From a virus: a DNA stretch of 64,000 bases. The notes beneath the pieces were generated by a model. It saw nothing but the letters and a program-made list of their open reading frames with translations, did no database searches and was not told where the DNA came from. A program made the position numbers and the translations under genes. Location of the stretch: IMG/VR virus record IMGVR_UViG_3300028394_002011; one strand, given 5' to 3'. Position 1 is the first letter of the stretch; each line of letters begins with the position of its first letter. Of this stretch, positions 46,169 to 56,716 are shown piece after piece.

Positions 46169-46941
46169 TGAAAGCATTTGTTATCATACTACAAGAAAGT
46201 GAACACAGCCGTAAGGTTGGTGCTGAAGCCATTGAGGCTGCTCGCAAGTTTGGCATTGAACCCGAAGTACACAACGCGGTACTGGGATACAATGCTCCAG
46301 AACTATTTGCCAAGTATGGCATTACTAGATTCTTAACTAGGGACTTGATTGACAATCCTGGACATCAAGGTTGCTTTCTCAGCCATTTTGAACTGTGGAT
46401 GAAATGTGTCAAGTTGGACGAACCCATTATTATCTTGGAACACGATGGTGTTTTTATTCGCCCACTACCAGATGACTTGTTGGACAAGTTTAGTGGTGTA
46501 CTGAAACTGGAACCATACGATGTGTTTGTGGACAGTTATGAAGGCAAAGTGGATGCCAGTTTGAATGATCCAGTAGATGTATGGCATCCGCCAGCAAGAA
46601 ACACTTGGCACGGTGTGGGAGAGTTCCTCTGGGGTGCTTACGGATACATTATCAAACCACACGCCGCTATGGAACTAATACAGTTTGCCCGTAGAATAGG
46701 TGCGGCTCCCACTGATGTACACATTGGTCGCAACATTGTGGACATTAAAGCAACTACAGCAACAGTGGTTAGAATGAGCAAGACCTATACTGAAAACGAT
46801 GTAAAAGGCATGAGTAGCACCAGCAACTTGCATCAGTACGTGCCGGGACACAATCGCATGGCGCTAGCACCTTATTTGAGCCCTAAAAAGTATGCTGAAC
46901 TCATCAAGACTTTAGAGTTCCTAGAAACGGTAAATATATAA
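46168..46941 (+). CDS. Glycosyltransferase family 25
   Basis: GCFLSHFELW..C......IILEHD; GAYGYII.P.AA. Confidence 0.85.
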   Translation: MKAFVIILQESEHSRKVGAEAIEAARKFGIEPEVHNAVLGYNAPELFAKYGITRFLTRDLIDNPGHQGCFLSHFELWMKCVKLDEPIIILEHDGVFIRPLPDDLLDKFSGVLKLEPYDVFVDSYEGKVDASLNDPVDVWHPPARNTWHGVGEFLWGAYGYIIKPHAAMELIQFARRIGAAPTDVHIGRNIVDIKATTATVVRMSKTYTENDVKGMSSTSNLHQYVPGHNRMALAPYLSPKKYAELIKTLEFLETVNI

Positions 46942-46954
46942 AACGGAGCAGAAC

Positions 46955-47506
46955 ATGCCAATACAACGAATTGAAATAGGTGGATATGCAAATGACGGTA
47001 CTGGTGACGATTTGCGCACGGCATTTAACAAGGTTAATGCTAACTTTGCGCTGTTGGACAGCGATGCACAGATCAATGACGGTGTTAACCTGGGATCTGG
47101 CACTGCTGTACTAAAGGGTAAAACCAGCACTATATTACAGTTTAAAAGTATTACCAGTACAGATAACTCAGTTACACTGACCGCAACTGATAACACAGTA
47201 AATTTAAAAGCCAACACACGATTAGTAGAAGATATTACGCCCGCACTGGGCGGCAATTTAAATTTAAATAACAGAGATATTGTCGGAGCAGGCGATGTAA
47301 AAGCCAGTGTTTATGGAATTGATATTGTAGCTCTTAACTCTATGATAGCCTTGCTGATCGAATCCAACAACAACATTGCTATTGACTTTGGATCATTTAA
47401 CAATCCTACAGGTTACGAAACTAACGCTCGTGGTTATACATTTGACATGGGCACCTTTATTGGTCCGCAATCCGCTAACAGATTTAGTTTTGGCACATTT
47501 GTTTAA
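46955..47506 (+). CDS. Virion protein with gp9/10-like N-terminus
   Basis: IEIGGYANDGTGDDLRTAFNKVNANF; TAAATA at 46931-46936 and SD GGAG. Confidence 0.8.
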   Translation: MPIQRIEIGGYANDGTGDDLRTAFNKVNANFALLDSDAQINDGVNLGSGTAVLKGKTSTILQFKSITSTDNSVTLTATDNTVNLKANTRLVEDITPALGGNLNLNNRDIVGAGDVKASVYGIDIVALNSMIALLIESNNNIAIDFGSFNNPTGYETNARGYTFDMGTFIGPQSANRFSFGTFV

Positions 47507-47518
47507 CAGAGAAAATGC

Positions 47519-50500
47519 ATGGCATTGAATATTTGGTCACAACCGTCAGGCTACTCATTTGGAACATTCCAAGAACAAGCTATTTTTAATAGGCCATTGC
47601 CATTAGTCCCGGCTGCCGGTTATGGCGGTGTTCCTCCGCCTAGTTATGACGGTACTGGGCATCATCCAAATTTTCCATTACGTAACTCAGCAGGCAGTTC
47701 TTTTAGTCGTTATCCGGTAAACAGCTATACAGACGGTATGCATGCCATGCGTACTGATTTACCAAATGCACGTACTGTTAGTAATCAAGTTGTATGGGAT
47801 CAAGTAAATGAAGGTGAAACTACTGATCCAACTGGCTATAGTGGATTTATGTACGCATGGGGTCAATTCATAACTCATGAGCTAGCATTCGAAAGAACTG
47901 GTGGTGCTAATATAGATGTTATAGTACCTGCTGGAGATACTAACCTAACACCAGGAAGTCATATTCCTGTATCTCGTGCGCAAGTTGCCGCAGGCACTGG
48001 GATCAATGGCGTTGTTGCACTACCAATCAACGATGTAACCGGATGGATCGATGGTAGTGTAGTTTACGGTATCGCTTATCCTCCAGATGTTACGCCAGTG
48101 AGTGGATTTACAAATCCACTGCTAATTCGAGAAGGCGGCCAAAATGCAACGACCGGAAAGTTATCAACTTCGGCAGGTGGACAATACGGACCTATTGATC
48201 CTACTACAGGACAATTTATATTCGGTGATCCTCGCGGCGCTGAAAATCCAGATTTAACGTCAATACAAACTTTGTTTATACGTGAACACAATTGGCATGC
48301 TACTAGATTAGCACAACTGCATCCCACTTGGAGTGGGGAACAGATTTATCAACGTGCTCGTAGTATCGTAATCGCCGAAGAACAAGTTATCACATATAAA
48401 GAATGGTTGCCAAAAGTTTTAGGAGCAACGGCTATACCTGCTTACACAGGATTTAAACCCGATGTTGATGCTAGTATTAAAGTTGAATTTGCCGCTGCCG
48501 CGTTAAGATTTGGTCATAGTATTGTTTCGGGCGCACAGGATCGTATAGATGAACAAGGTAATGATACAGAAGCATTAGCGTTAGCCGATGCATTTTTCCT
48601 AACTCCTGCGCAATTTGAACGTAATGGTGGTGCAGACGGATTCTTGCGTAAACTGGCGGCAGACATTTCAAACAAGTTAGACGTACATATTATTGAAGAT
48701 TTGCGTAATTTATTAGATGATCCTCCTGCCGCACTAGATTTAGCCGCAACAAATATTCAACGTGGGAGAGATTTAGGTCTTCCAAGTTTAAATCAAATGC
48801 GTACTGCATTAGGCCTTACCCCTTATACAGCTTTTAATCAGATTACATCTGATATTACTGTATCAACGGCATTACAAACAGCGTATGTCAATATTGATAA
48901 TATAGATTTATGGGTAGGTGGTCTAGCTGAAAATCGTGTAGTCGGATCAATGGTCGGAGAAACTTTCCGTACTATAATGATTGATCAATTTATCCGTCTC
49001 CGCGATGGTGATAATCAATGGTACGAAAATCAACCCTGGGCACCAGGAGACCTTACATGGTTAAGAAATTCTACCCTAGCAGATATTATATTACGAAATA
49101 CAGATACTGTTAAAATACAACCAGATGTATTTGTTGCTGTTGAACGTGCAGATTTATATTCAGGAGTAGTAACTAGCGCCGTTGCAAGAACTGGCGGTGG
49201 TGATATTCCAGGATCAAATACTATCCCGTTTAATCTAAATGTTATATCAGGATCATTACCTCCAGGATTAAACATTGTTGGTAATACAATTACAGGTACT
49301 CCATATTCAGTAGCTGACATCACTGTGTTTACATTTTGTGTGAGAGCAACATCTACCTCAGGCGAAATAGCTGACCGAACATATTCTATAACCATAGACG
49401 GAGCAGATGCTCCAGAATTTATAACTACAACTGGAAGATTGGCAGTTGGCACACATAAGCAAATGTATGTGTTGGACCAGACTTATATCAATTATCAAAT
49501 TGAAGCATTCGACTTAGATACAAGTGCTGGTCAAAAATTAACATATTTTATATCCTCAGGCGATGGAAATCTGCCGCCAGGATTGACCATGTCGTCAGAT
49601 GGAAAAATTAGCGGATTTATTTTACCTGCTATAAAGATTAAACCAGCAGATAATAACGGCACTTACGACGAAACATACTACGATGCGGCAGCTTTTGACT
49701 TTGGTCTACGAGCAACCAACGGATTTGATAGTTACATTTACGATAGAGTTTTTTATGATTATAATTTACCCAATCTTCGACCATCAACACTAAATGTTAA
49801 TTATCAATTTAAAGTAACTGTGTCCGATGGTACCAGTATTGCTCAGAGAATTTTTAAAATATTTGTTGTGGGCGATGGCCAATTTAGAGCAGACACCACT
49901 ACCACAGATGGATTTGCCGATGAGCTATTCACCGCTGACGTTACTTATCTTAGACAGCCAGCATGGCTTACCAACCCCAACATAGGATTATTTAGAGCCA
50001 ATAACTATCTAACTGTACCAGTTGCACTGTATGATGACTCCAATGTGTTTTATAATTTAGAATTGATCAATCAGGAAGTAAAAGCTCAAGCAGTCAATAT
50101 TTTACCTTCAGACAATTTTAAAAACGGAAATAAAATAACTGTAACTAACGTTACTGGAACCATACAGCCTGGATATTATTGCCACTTTGAAGGCATAATC
50201 CCAGGTGCAACTGATCAACTTTATAAAATCAGTGTGGTGGAGAATTTAGGCAATGGGCGTTATCGTCTCACTATCCTAACACCGCTACAAGTAAGCATAC
50301 CAACAGGAACCAGTTTTTATATTGGAACATTGAGTGTGTTACCCAAAGGTACCAATTTTGATATACAGACTGCTACAGTATACGGACTGGTTCCATATCA
50401 GCCAGCTATCACAAAAACTTATAACTTTACTATCACTGCCACCAGATTTGGAGACAAACAAGACAGTGCAACTGCATCCAGAACATTTACTATTGGTATT

Positions 50501-51736
50501 ATTGGCGAGATTGACAGTGTAATAACATGGCTAACTGATGCCGACTTGGGCAACATCAATGCAAACTTTATTTCTAATTTACATGTGGCCGCTTCAAGTA
50601 CCATCCCTGATGCAATTATTTCCTATACGTTAACAAGTGGATCACTGCCTCCAGGGTTATCGCTAAATTATGACGGAGAAATTATAGGCAAGGTCAATCA
50701 ATTTTATGATGCTGTTTCTGGATCAAAAGGCCTTACGAGATTTTACGACACAGTTGGCTCAAGTAGAAAATTTATAACTTTTGATTTTGATACTACCAGT
50801 ATAGACAAGCAATATACGTTTACCGTGCAAGCTAGAGATCAATATGACTATAGTGCAACTACTCGCACATTTACCTTGTACATTGATACCCCAAACGATA
50901 TAAGTTTCAGTAATATCAGAACCAAGCCGTTCTTAAAACAATCACAACGAGCTCTTTGGAAATCATTCATTACTGATACTTCTATTTTTACACCTAGTAG
51001 CATTTATAGAACCAATGATGCTAATTTTGGAGTTCAGACTGATTTAAACATGATGGTATATGCTGGTATAGAAACCAAAGATGCCGCTAGGTTTGTTGGT
51101 GCAATTGGTTTGAATCACAAAAGAAAACGATTTGCTTTTGGCCCAGTTAAATCCGCAGTTGCTATTCAGCCCGGTACTACCGATACAGTATATGAAGTGA
51201 TATATGTCAGTGTTGTGGACCCGCAAGAGCCAAACGGCAACTATTTGCCAAGAAATATTCAATTACCAGGGCTGTCTAGCGATACTATAACTATCGATAG
51301 CAGTACCAATATTTGGAGTAGAACTTTGGATTCATTAGGTGCCGACAGTCCGGAAAACATTAGGCCGGAGCCAATAATCACAGCCGACAGCACAGGTTAC
51401 GAAGTTTCAAATCCCAATGTCAATACCTATTTTCCAAACAGTATTACCAATTGGCGTAGCAGGATTAAAGATACGGGTGCAACAGAGAGGAACTACATGC
51501 CTTTATGGATGCGTAGTATACAACCTGGGAATAGTCAAGAATTAGGATTTGTGTTGGCTATTCCAATTTGTTACTGCGAAGCGGGCAAAAGTGCTGATAT
51601 TTTATTAAATATCCAACACAGCGAATTTGATTTTAAATCTTTAGATTACACAGTGGACAGATACATAATAGATTCTGTCACCGGTTCGATTAACGATAAA
51701 TATCTTGTATTTAGAAACGATAGGATAACAGTATGA
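47519..51736 (+). CDS. Baseplate-type virion protein with inserted animal-type heme peroxidase domain followed by Ig-like repeats
   Basis: Peroxidase motifs at about 47630-49135 (WGQFITHE, GDPRGAEN, LRFGHS, NIQRGRD.GLP, IDLWVGGLAE); then SG.LPPGL Ig-like repeats. Confidence 0.85.
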   Translation: MALNIWSQPSGYSFGTFQEQAIFNRPLPLVPAAGYGGVPPPSYDGTGHHPNFPLRNSAGSSFSRYPVNSYTDGMHAMRTDLPNARTVSNQVVWDQVNEGETTDPTGYSGFMYAWGQFITHELAFERTGGANIDVIVPAGDTNLTPGSHIPVSRAQVAAGTGINGVVALPINDVTGWIDGSVVYGIAYPPDVTPVSGFTNPLLIREGGQNATTGKLSTSAGGQYGPIDPTTGQFIFGDPRGAENPDLTSIQTLFIREHNWHATRLAQLHPTWSGEQIYQRARSIVIAEEQVITYKEWLPKVLGATAIPAYTGFKPDVDASIKVEFAAAALRFGHSIVSGAQDRIDEQGNDTEALALADAFFLTPAQFERNGGADGFLRKLAADISNKLDVHIIEDLRNLLDDPPAALDLAATNIQRGRDLGLPSLNQMRTALGLTPYTAFNQITSDITVSTALQTAYVNIDNIDLWVGGLAENRVVGSMVGETFRTIMIDQFIRLRDGDNQWYENQPWAPGDLTWLRNSTLADIILRNTDTVKIQPDVFVAVERADLYSGVVTSAVARTGGGDIPGSNTIPFNLNVISGSLPPGLNIVGNTITGTPYSVADITVFTFCVRATSTSGEIADRTYSITIDGADAPEFITTTGRLAVGTHKQMYVLDQTYINYQIEAFDLDTSAGQKLTYFISSGDGNLPPGLTMSSDGKISGFILPAIKIKPADNNGTYDETYYDAAAFDFGLRATNGFDSYIYDRVFYDYNLPNLRPSTLNVNYQFKVTVSDGTSIAQRIFKIFVVGDGQFRADTTTTDGFADELFTADVTYLRQPAWLTNPNIGLFRANNYLTVPVALYDDSNVFYNLELINQEVKAQAVNILPSDNFKNGNKITVTNVTGTIQPGYYCHFEGIIPGATDQLYKISVVENLGNGRYRLTILTPLQVSIPTGTSFYIGTLSVLPKGTNFDIQTATVYGLVPYQPAITKTYNFTITATRFGDKQDSATASRTFTIGIIGEIDSVITWLTDADLGNINANFISNLHVAASSTIPDAIISYTLTSGSLPPGLSLNYDGEIIGKVNQFYDAVSGSKGLTRFYDTVGSSRKFITFDFDTTSIDKQYTFTVQARDQYDYSATTRTFTLYIDTPNDISFSNIRTKPFLKQSQRALWKSFITDTSIFTPSSIYRTNDANFGVQTDLNMMVYAGIETKDAARFVGAIGLNHKRKRFAFGPVKSAVAIQPGTTDTVYEVIYVSVVDPQEPNGNYLPRNIQLPGLSSDTITIDSSTNIWSRTLDSLGADSPENIRPEPIITADSTGYEVSNPNVNTYFPNSITNWRSRIKDTGATERNYMPLWMRSIQPGNSQELGFVLAIPICYCEAGKSADILLNIQHSEFDFKSLDYTVDRYIIDSVTGSINDKYLVFRNDRITV

Positions 51737-52824
51737 CCAGTCAAATAAATGTCGGAACAATTAACACATCTTACCCAGTTGCAGGTGTTGACAATAACAG
51801 CCAAGGGTTTCGTGATAATTTTACAGCTATTTCAGCAGGATTAGCCATTGCCAAAACAGAACTTACCGCATTGCAAACCAATGCAGTGTTAAAAGCCAAC
51901 CTCACAACCAACGCAGTTGTTAACAACGACCTAAATGGTAGCACTATAAGCAATGGCTTGTACAATAGATTTTACGGCGTGTATTTTAGCGGAGGCACTG
52001 TTTCAACAGCTTCTAATGTAGATTTAATTAACGGTCCTGTGCAGAGATTCATTCTAGCAGGAGATGCAACTTTAACATTTACAGGATGGCCAACTGCGGG
52101 CAAAATGGGATTAATTCGTGTATTGATTGCCAGCGATCAAAACGGAGTGCGAACACCAGGATTTGCAACTAGTGGTGGCGGATCTATTAGATATGATGTG
52201 GCATATCCCACATTGCCAAACAGCACAACTTATGGATTTAAAGTTGGTGGGGAAAGTGTTAAAAGCGTCACCGTTACTGAACCAGGAAGTAAATATATTA
52301 CTCCCACTACTATTTCTTTTACTAGTCCAACATTAGCTGGTGGTACAGTTGCAACCGCAACTGCCAAGTACAAAGTTCTGTCAGCAACTGCTAGTTCAGG
52401 TTCGCTAGGTTCTAATTATGCCAACGGTGATTTGCTAGTTGTAAATCAAGACACAAGTATTGTGTTATCAGTCACTGGAGTTAACGGTTCAGGTGGTATT
52501 ACCAACGTCAGCGTCAGTACTAACGGCCCGTTGGCAATACCACTGGCTGGTTCAAAAACTGTTACAGCATTAACTGGCATAGGTTCAGGAGCAAGAGTAG
52601 ATTTAGTATGTGCTATTGACAGTATAATTGTTACAGATGGCGGAGACGGCTGGACTACTGTGCCACCGCAAGTTACTATAGGAGCTCCTGCGGTTACTGG
52701 AGTACAAGCAACTGCAACTGCTGTATTAACAACCATAACTAATGATAACGTTAAAGTTATAGAAGCATGGAGTATCGACGGCGGTCTCAATGTATATCTT
52801 CGATATTTAGGCGAATACAATTAA
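51733..52824 (+). CDS. Virion structural protein
   Basis: YPVAG.DN.SQGFRDNF N-terminus; GxGY/T..P.V.I beta repeats. Confidence 0.75.
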   Translation: MTSQINVGTINTSYPVAGVDNNSQGFRDNFTAISAGLAIAKTELTALQTNAVLKANLTTNAVVNNDLNGSTISNGLYNRFYGVYFSGGTVSTASNVDLINGPVQRFILAGDATLTFTGWPTAGKMGLIRVLIASDQNGVRTPGFATSGGGSIRYDVAYPTLPNSTTYGFKVGGESVKSVTVTEPGSKYITPTTISFTSPTLAGGTVATATAKYKVLSATASSGSLGSNYANGDLLVVNQDTSIVLSVTGVNGSGGITNVSVSTNGPLAIPLAGSKTVTALTGIGSGARVDLVCAIDSIIVTDGGDGWTTVPPQVTIGAPAVTGVQATATAVLTTITNDNVKVIEAWSIDGGLNVYLRYLGEYN

Positions 52825-53054
52825 TGCATCCATTAATATCAAATTTAGAAAATTTGAAAGACAGTGAGATTGATTTTAAAATCAACGATCTTACTAAAAA
52901 ATATTTTCAATCCGCAAATCCAGATTTGCGACAACAAGTGTCATTGGCTTTGGATACATATAAAACTGAGCAAGCTAGAAGGCAACGTGCTGAATGGCAA
53001 AAAATGATTGATAATCGCGATAAAAATCTTGACAAGCTAATCAACATACAGTAA
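52824..53054 (+). CDS. Small helical hypothetical protein (start reassigned to 52824)
   Basis: TAATG overlap; MHPLISNLENLKDSEI... Confidence 0.7.
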   Translation: MHPLISNLENLKDSEIDFKINDLTKKYFQSANPDLRQQVSLALDTYKTEQARRQRAEWQKMIDNRDKNLDKLINIQ

Positions 53055-53057
53055 AAT
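53029..53057 (+). promoter_or_regulatory. Sigma70-type promoter; -10 lies 7 nt before the ATG (leaderless)
   Basis: TTGACA-17 nt-TAAAAT; ATG at 53065. Confidence 0.75.
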
Positions 53058-53064
53058 ATAGGCT

Positions 53065-53577
53065 ATGCGCCTAGACAAATACAGTAATCCTATATTTTCA
53101 GAACAAGACCTGTTTGATGCTTTGTATCAAAGTTATCAATTTGATGCAACGGATACCTTACTAGTTGATCAGCGATCTGACGCAATCAAACAACTGGAAT
53201 CCAAAATAGGATTTAAATTCCTAGAACCTTACGATACTCACTTTGAAGTCAGTGACTACGATTTTGCTTGCCAATCAAATTGGTACATGCCCGAAGAATA
53301 CAAAACACTGGATATAGAAGCGTGGATTTGGCAACAAACACCACCCTGGGATCCGCAACACACCAGAGTTACTGAAGAACTATCAGCATTCAAAGAACGC
53401 AATATGCTGGATTTATTGCGTTGGCTCAAATATTTTGTAGATACTTGCGATAAAAACAATGTGGTTTGGGGAGTAGGCAGAGGATCCAGTGTGGCCAGTT
53501 ATATACTCTATTTGATAGGGGTACACCATATCGATAGTATTAAATATAATCTTGACTGGCAGGAATTCCTGAGATAA
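53065..53577 (+). CDS. dnaE: Stand-alone fragment of DNA polymerase III alpha (DnaE-like)
   Basis: RV.EEL..F......D...V.WGVGRGSSVASYILYLIG...ID..KY.L....FL; ends before the PDxDxD catalytic motif. Confidence 0.8.
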   Translation: MRLDKYSNPIFSEQDLFDALYQSYQFDATDTLLVDQRSDAIKQLESKIGFKFLEPYDTHFEVSDYDFACQSNWYMPEEYKTLDIEAWIWQQTPPWDPQHTRVTEELSAFKERNMLDLLRWLKYFVDTCDKNNVVWGVGRGSSVASYILYLIGVHHIDSIKYNLDWQEFLR

Positions 53578-53604
53578 GTACTAGTATAATTAAGGAGATT
53601 TAAA

Positions 53605-53907
53605 ATGGAACAACAACCAAAACAAATATATCGTTCAATGCAGGGCAAAGAAGTCGATATGAATCGATTAGTAAACGTAAACGAACTTACACCAGCTGTG
53701 GGTAATCTTAAAGTTAATGCACGTGGTGACGAACTAGGCGCTGGCGGAAAAATTATCAGAAAACGCGAAGACATCCTAAGAGAAGCAGAAGCCAACAGAA
53801 TTGTACCCGATCAGATTAATGTACGTCAAGTTGAAGAAGTTGCTACTGCAAAACCAGTGATTGCTAAGAAAAATGTAGCAGACATGGATCCAGAAGGCAA
53901 CGAATGA
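53605..53907 (+). CDS. Hypothetical phage protein
   Basis: SD AAGGAG; AVGN.KVNARGDELG.GG. Confidence 0.75.
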   Translation: MEQQPKQIYRSMQGKEVDMNRLVNVNELTPAVGNLKVNARGDELGAGGKIIRKREDILREAEANRIVPDQINVRQVEEVATAKPVIAKKNVADMDPEGNE

Positions 53908-54314
53908 AAAGAACACCAGTATATGCCAGCAAACTAAGACCAATTCGAGATAACATTGTTATTGTTGATATGGATTTTGGTGCGCAAGTAACTAAAGGCG
54001 GAATTGTTCTACCCAGCGATGATGGTAAAAGCGAGGGTGTTAAAAGTCGATGGGGTCGAGTGTATTCCGTTGGGCCGGAACAAATTGATGTAAAAGTAGG
54101 CGAGTGGATCTTGCTTGAACATGGTCGATGGAGTCGTGGATTTACTGTGTTGGACGATGACGGTAATGATATGATTATCCGTCGTGCTGATCCCAACGGT
54201 ATACTGGCCGTTGCTGATGAAAAACCAAATGAAACTATTTTTGGATCACACAGCACAGTAACACACGCAACATTCGATCCTGCATCTTTTTCAAGACCAA
54301 GTTTTGAACAATAA
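53904..54314 (+). CDS. groS: Co-chaperonin GroES
   Basis: LRPIRD.IV......TKGGIVLP......G.V.SVGP......VKVGE.IL. Confidence 0.85.
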   Translation: MKRTPVYASKLRPIRDNIVIVDMDFGAQVTKGGIVLPSDDGKSEGVKSRWGRVYSVGPEQIDVKVGEWILLEHGRWSRGFTVLDDDGNDMIIRRADPNGILAVADEKPNETIFGSHSTVTHATFDPASFSRPSFEQ

Positions 54315-54875
54315 ATGATAATTGAGTCTGTATTTCCAACATTTGTGCTTCAGGACTCAAATATTGAGTTGGCAAACACATTGCTTCCGCTGTGTAATAA
54401 GTATACGTCGCTAACTAAGGACAATTTACTTAATATTGATAATTTTCCGTCAACGCTGGGATCAGATGATCTTAATCCTGTTGTAATGTCGGATCCGGTT
54501 GTACAACAGACATTGAGTATGATCATCATGACCTATGCTGTTCAACTGGCTGAAGCTTCAGAAATGGATTACAATCAAATAGAATTTAAACCTTACGGTT
54601 TTTTTAGTTCTATGAATAAAAATGCTTATCTAAGAAGGCACATGCATCATCGATGTACATTTTCTGGAATCATTTATTTAGAAGTGGGCAAAGATGTTCC
54701 GCCATTAGTGTTGTTTAATCCAAAACCAATATCAGTGTTTAATGGTGAAATACAAAATACAAAATTTATTGAGCCTCAAGCTGGAAAGATTGTAATGTGG
54801 AATTCGTGGATAGAACATGAAGTTCCACAAAAATTAAACGATAATCCTAGAAAAGCATTTTCATTTAATATTTGA
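54315..54875 (+). CDS. Putative 2OG-Fe(II) oxygenase (TIGR02466-like)
   Basis: H.H..C.FSGIIYL; P..G.IVMW.SW.EHEV......R..FSFN. Confidence 0.8.
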   Translation: MIIESVFPTFVLQDSNIELANTLLPLCNKYTSLTKDNLLNIDNFPSTLGSDDLNPVVMSDPVVQQTLSMIIMTYAVQLAEASEMDYNQIEFKPYGFFSSMNKNAYLRRHMHHRCTFSGIIYLEVGKDVPPLVLFNPKPISVFNGEIQNTKFIEPQAGKIVMWNSWIEHEVPQKLNDNPRKAFSFNI

Positions 54876-54887
54876 GTAATATTTTCC

Positions 54888-54916
54888 TTGACTATCGCTA
54901 ACGTTCATAGTACAAT
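54888..54916 (+). promoter_or_regulatory. Sigma70-type promoter for the clamp loader operon
   Basis: TTGACT-17 nt-TACAAT. Confidence 0.8.
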
Positions 54917-54947
54917 TAGAGCAAGAGTTTCTAATTAAGGATATACA

Positions 54948-55862
54948 ATGAAAGAACTATGGGTAGAAAAATATCGTCCTAACACTATCGATGGTTACGT
55001 GTTTAGAGATAACCATCAAAAAGAACAAGTAGAATCTTGGATTAAACAAAAATCAATTCCGCATTTGTTGTTTAGCGGTAACGCTGGCATTGGTAAAACT
55101 ACCCTTGCCAGAGTGTTGTTCAATGAACTACAAATTAATGATCTAGATGTTTTAGAAATCAATGCGTCACGTACCAACTCAGTTGAAGATGTTCGTGATA
55201 AGATTGTAAACTTTGTACAGATGATTCCATTTGGAGACTTTAAGGTTGTGCTGTTAGACGAAGCAGACTATTTGAGTCCCAATGCACAAGCGGCGTTACG
55301 TGGCGTTATGGAAGAGTATCACACAACTGCTAGGTTTATTCTTACTTGTAACTATCCCAATAGGATTATTCCTGCACTACACAGTCGCTGTCAAGGTTTT
55401 CATATTGAACGTGTTGACATTGCAGAATTTACTGCCCGTGTTGCTACTATTCTTATGGAAGAATCCGTAGAGTTTGATTTGGACACGCTAGACACATTTG
55501 TCAAAGCAACTTACCCCGATCTTCGCAAGTGTATTAACACTACACAAATGAACAGTATGGATGGAAAATTGCATACTCCTGAGAAAGCAGATAGCGGACA
55601 AGCTGATTATAAGTTAGACATGGTTCGATTGTTTAAATCAGGAAAAATTACAGAAGGTCGTAAACTTGTGTGTAGTCAAGCACGACCAGAAGAGATGGAA
55701 GAAATCTTCCGTTGGTTATATGATAATGTGGAAATTTTTGGAGATGAAGCCGTTCAAGACAAGGCAATTCTTATTATTAAACAAGGACTGGTAGATCATA
55801 CATTAATTATTGATCCAGAAATTAATCTTGCGGCAACCTTAATTAGACTGAGTCACCTATGA
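54948..55862 (+). CDS. Sliding-clamp loader AAA+ subunit (T4 gp44/RFC-like)
   Basis: WVEKYRP, G.AG.GKTT, EINAS, LLDEAD, SRC. Confidence 0.93.
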   Translation: MKELWVEKYRPNTIDGYVFRDNHQKEQVESWIKQKSIPHLLFSGNAGIGKTTLARVLFNELQINDLDVLEINASRTNSVEDVRDKIVNFVQMIPFGDFKVVLLDEADYLSPNAQAALRGVMEEYHTTARFILTCNYPNRIIPALHSRCQGFHIERVDIAEFTARVATILMEESVEFDLDTLDTFVKATYPDLRKCINTTQMNSMDGKLHTPEKADSGQADYKLDMVRLFKSGKITEGRKLVCSQARPEEMEEIFRWLYDNVEIFGDEAVQDKAILIIKQGLVDHTLIIDPEINLAATLIRLSHL

Positions 55863-56182
55863 CATATTTGGTATTAGAGAATTGTATTAAATGCAAACAT
55901 ACTGATTGTGTAGAAGTTTGTCCTGTTGATTGTTTTAAAGAAGGTCCTAACTTTCTTGTTATTGATCCAGACGAATGTATTGACTGTGGTGTGTGCGTTC
56001 CTGAGTGCCCAATCGATGCTATTGTTCCCGATACTGATAAAACTGTTGATGTTGTGTTTTGGACTGAGCTTAATACACGGCTTGCTAAAAAATGGCCTAC
56101 CATTACTAAACGTAAACCTGCGCTACCTGATGCAGAAGAATGGAAGGACAAGCCTAATAAACTTGATCTATTAGAAGAGTGA
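55859..56182 (+). CDS. fdxA: 7Fe ferredoxin (FdxA-type)
   Basis: [18 protein letters not shown]...[17 protein letters not shown]. Confidence 0.93.
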   Translation: MTYLVLENCIKCKHTDCVEVCPVDCFKEGPNFLVIDPDECIDCGVCVPECPIDAIVPDTDKTVDVVFWTELNTRLAKKWPTITKRKPALPDAEEWKDKPNKLDLLEE

Positions 56183-56691
56183 AGGATAAATTAAAACAGG
56201 CATACATGAAGACTGCCGAAATATTTGCAGAACTCAGTCATGCTCGTAGGCTTCATGTTGGCGCTATTGTAGTCAAGGATGATAGGATTATCTCTATTGG
56301 CTACAATGGTATGCCTGCGGGTTGGGATAACGATTGTGAAAATGTAGAATGGTGTAGTGCTGGTGGATGGTTAAGTGCAGAAGAAATTGAAGAAGGTTGG
56401 CCATACGAAGGTACTTACATAGATGCCGATGGTATCACAATGCAAGGCCGCTATCGATTAAAAACTAAACCAGAGGTATTACATGCAGAAACTAACGCCA
56501 TTGCAAAACTTGCGAAAAGTACAGAATCTGGTGATGGGGCTGTATTGTTTGTTACTCATAGCCCATGCTTGGACTGTGCAAAACTTATATTTCAAAGTGG
56601 CATTCGCAGTGTATTCTATCGTAACAGTTATCGTAGTACTGATGGTACTACGTTCCTTGAACGATCAGGAATAACTGTAACACAACTGTAA
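56179..56691 (+). CDS. dCMP deaminase family protein
   Basis: IGYNG.P, HAE.NAI, SPCLDC. Confidence 0.9.
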   Translation: MKDKLKQAYMKTAEIFAELSHARRLHVGAIVVKDDRIISIGYNGMPAGWDNDCENVEWCSAGGWLSAEEIEEGWPYEGTYIDADGITMQGRYRLKTKPEVLHAETNAIAKLAKSTESGDGAVLFVTHSPCLDCAKLIFQSGIRSVFYRNSYRSTDGTTFLERSGITVTQL

Positions 56692-56716
56692 AAAAGGACC
56701 CGAAGGTCCTTTTTTT
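56690..56716. terminator. Bidirectional intrinsic terminator
   Basis: AAAAAAGGACC-CGAA-GGTCCTTTTTT. Confidence 0.9.

Noticed and set aside
31111-52820. Many 60-160 aa alternative-frame and antisense ORFs within the structural genes
   Set aside because: Expected from Thr/Ala/Gly/Val-biased codons that deplete stops on the opposite strand; none has an RBS or motif.
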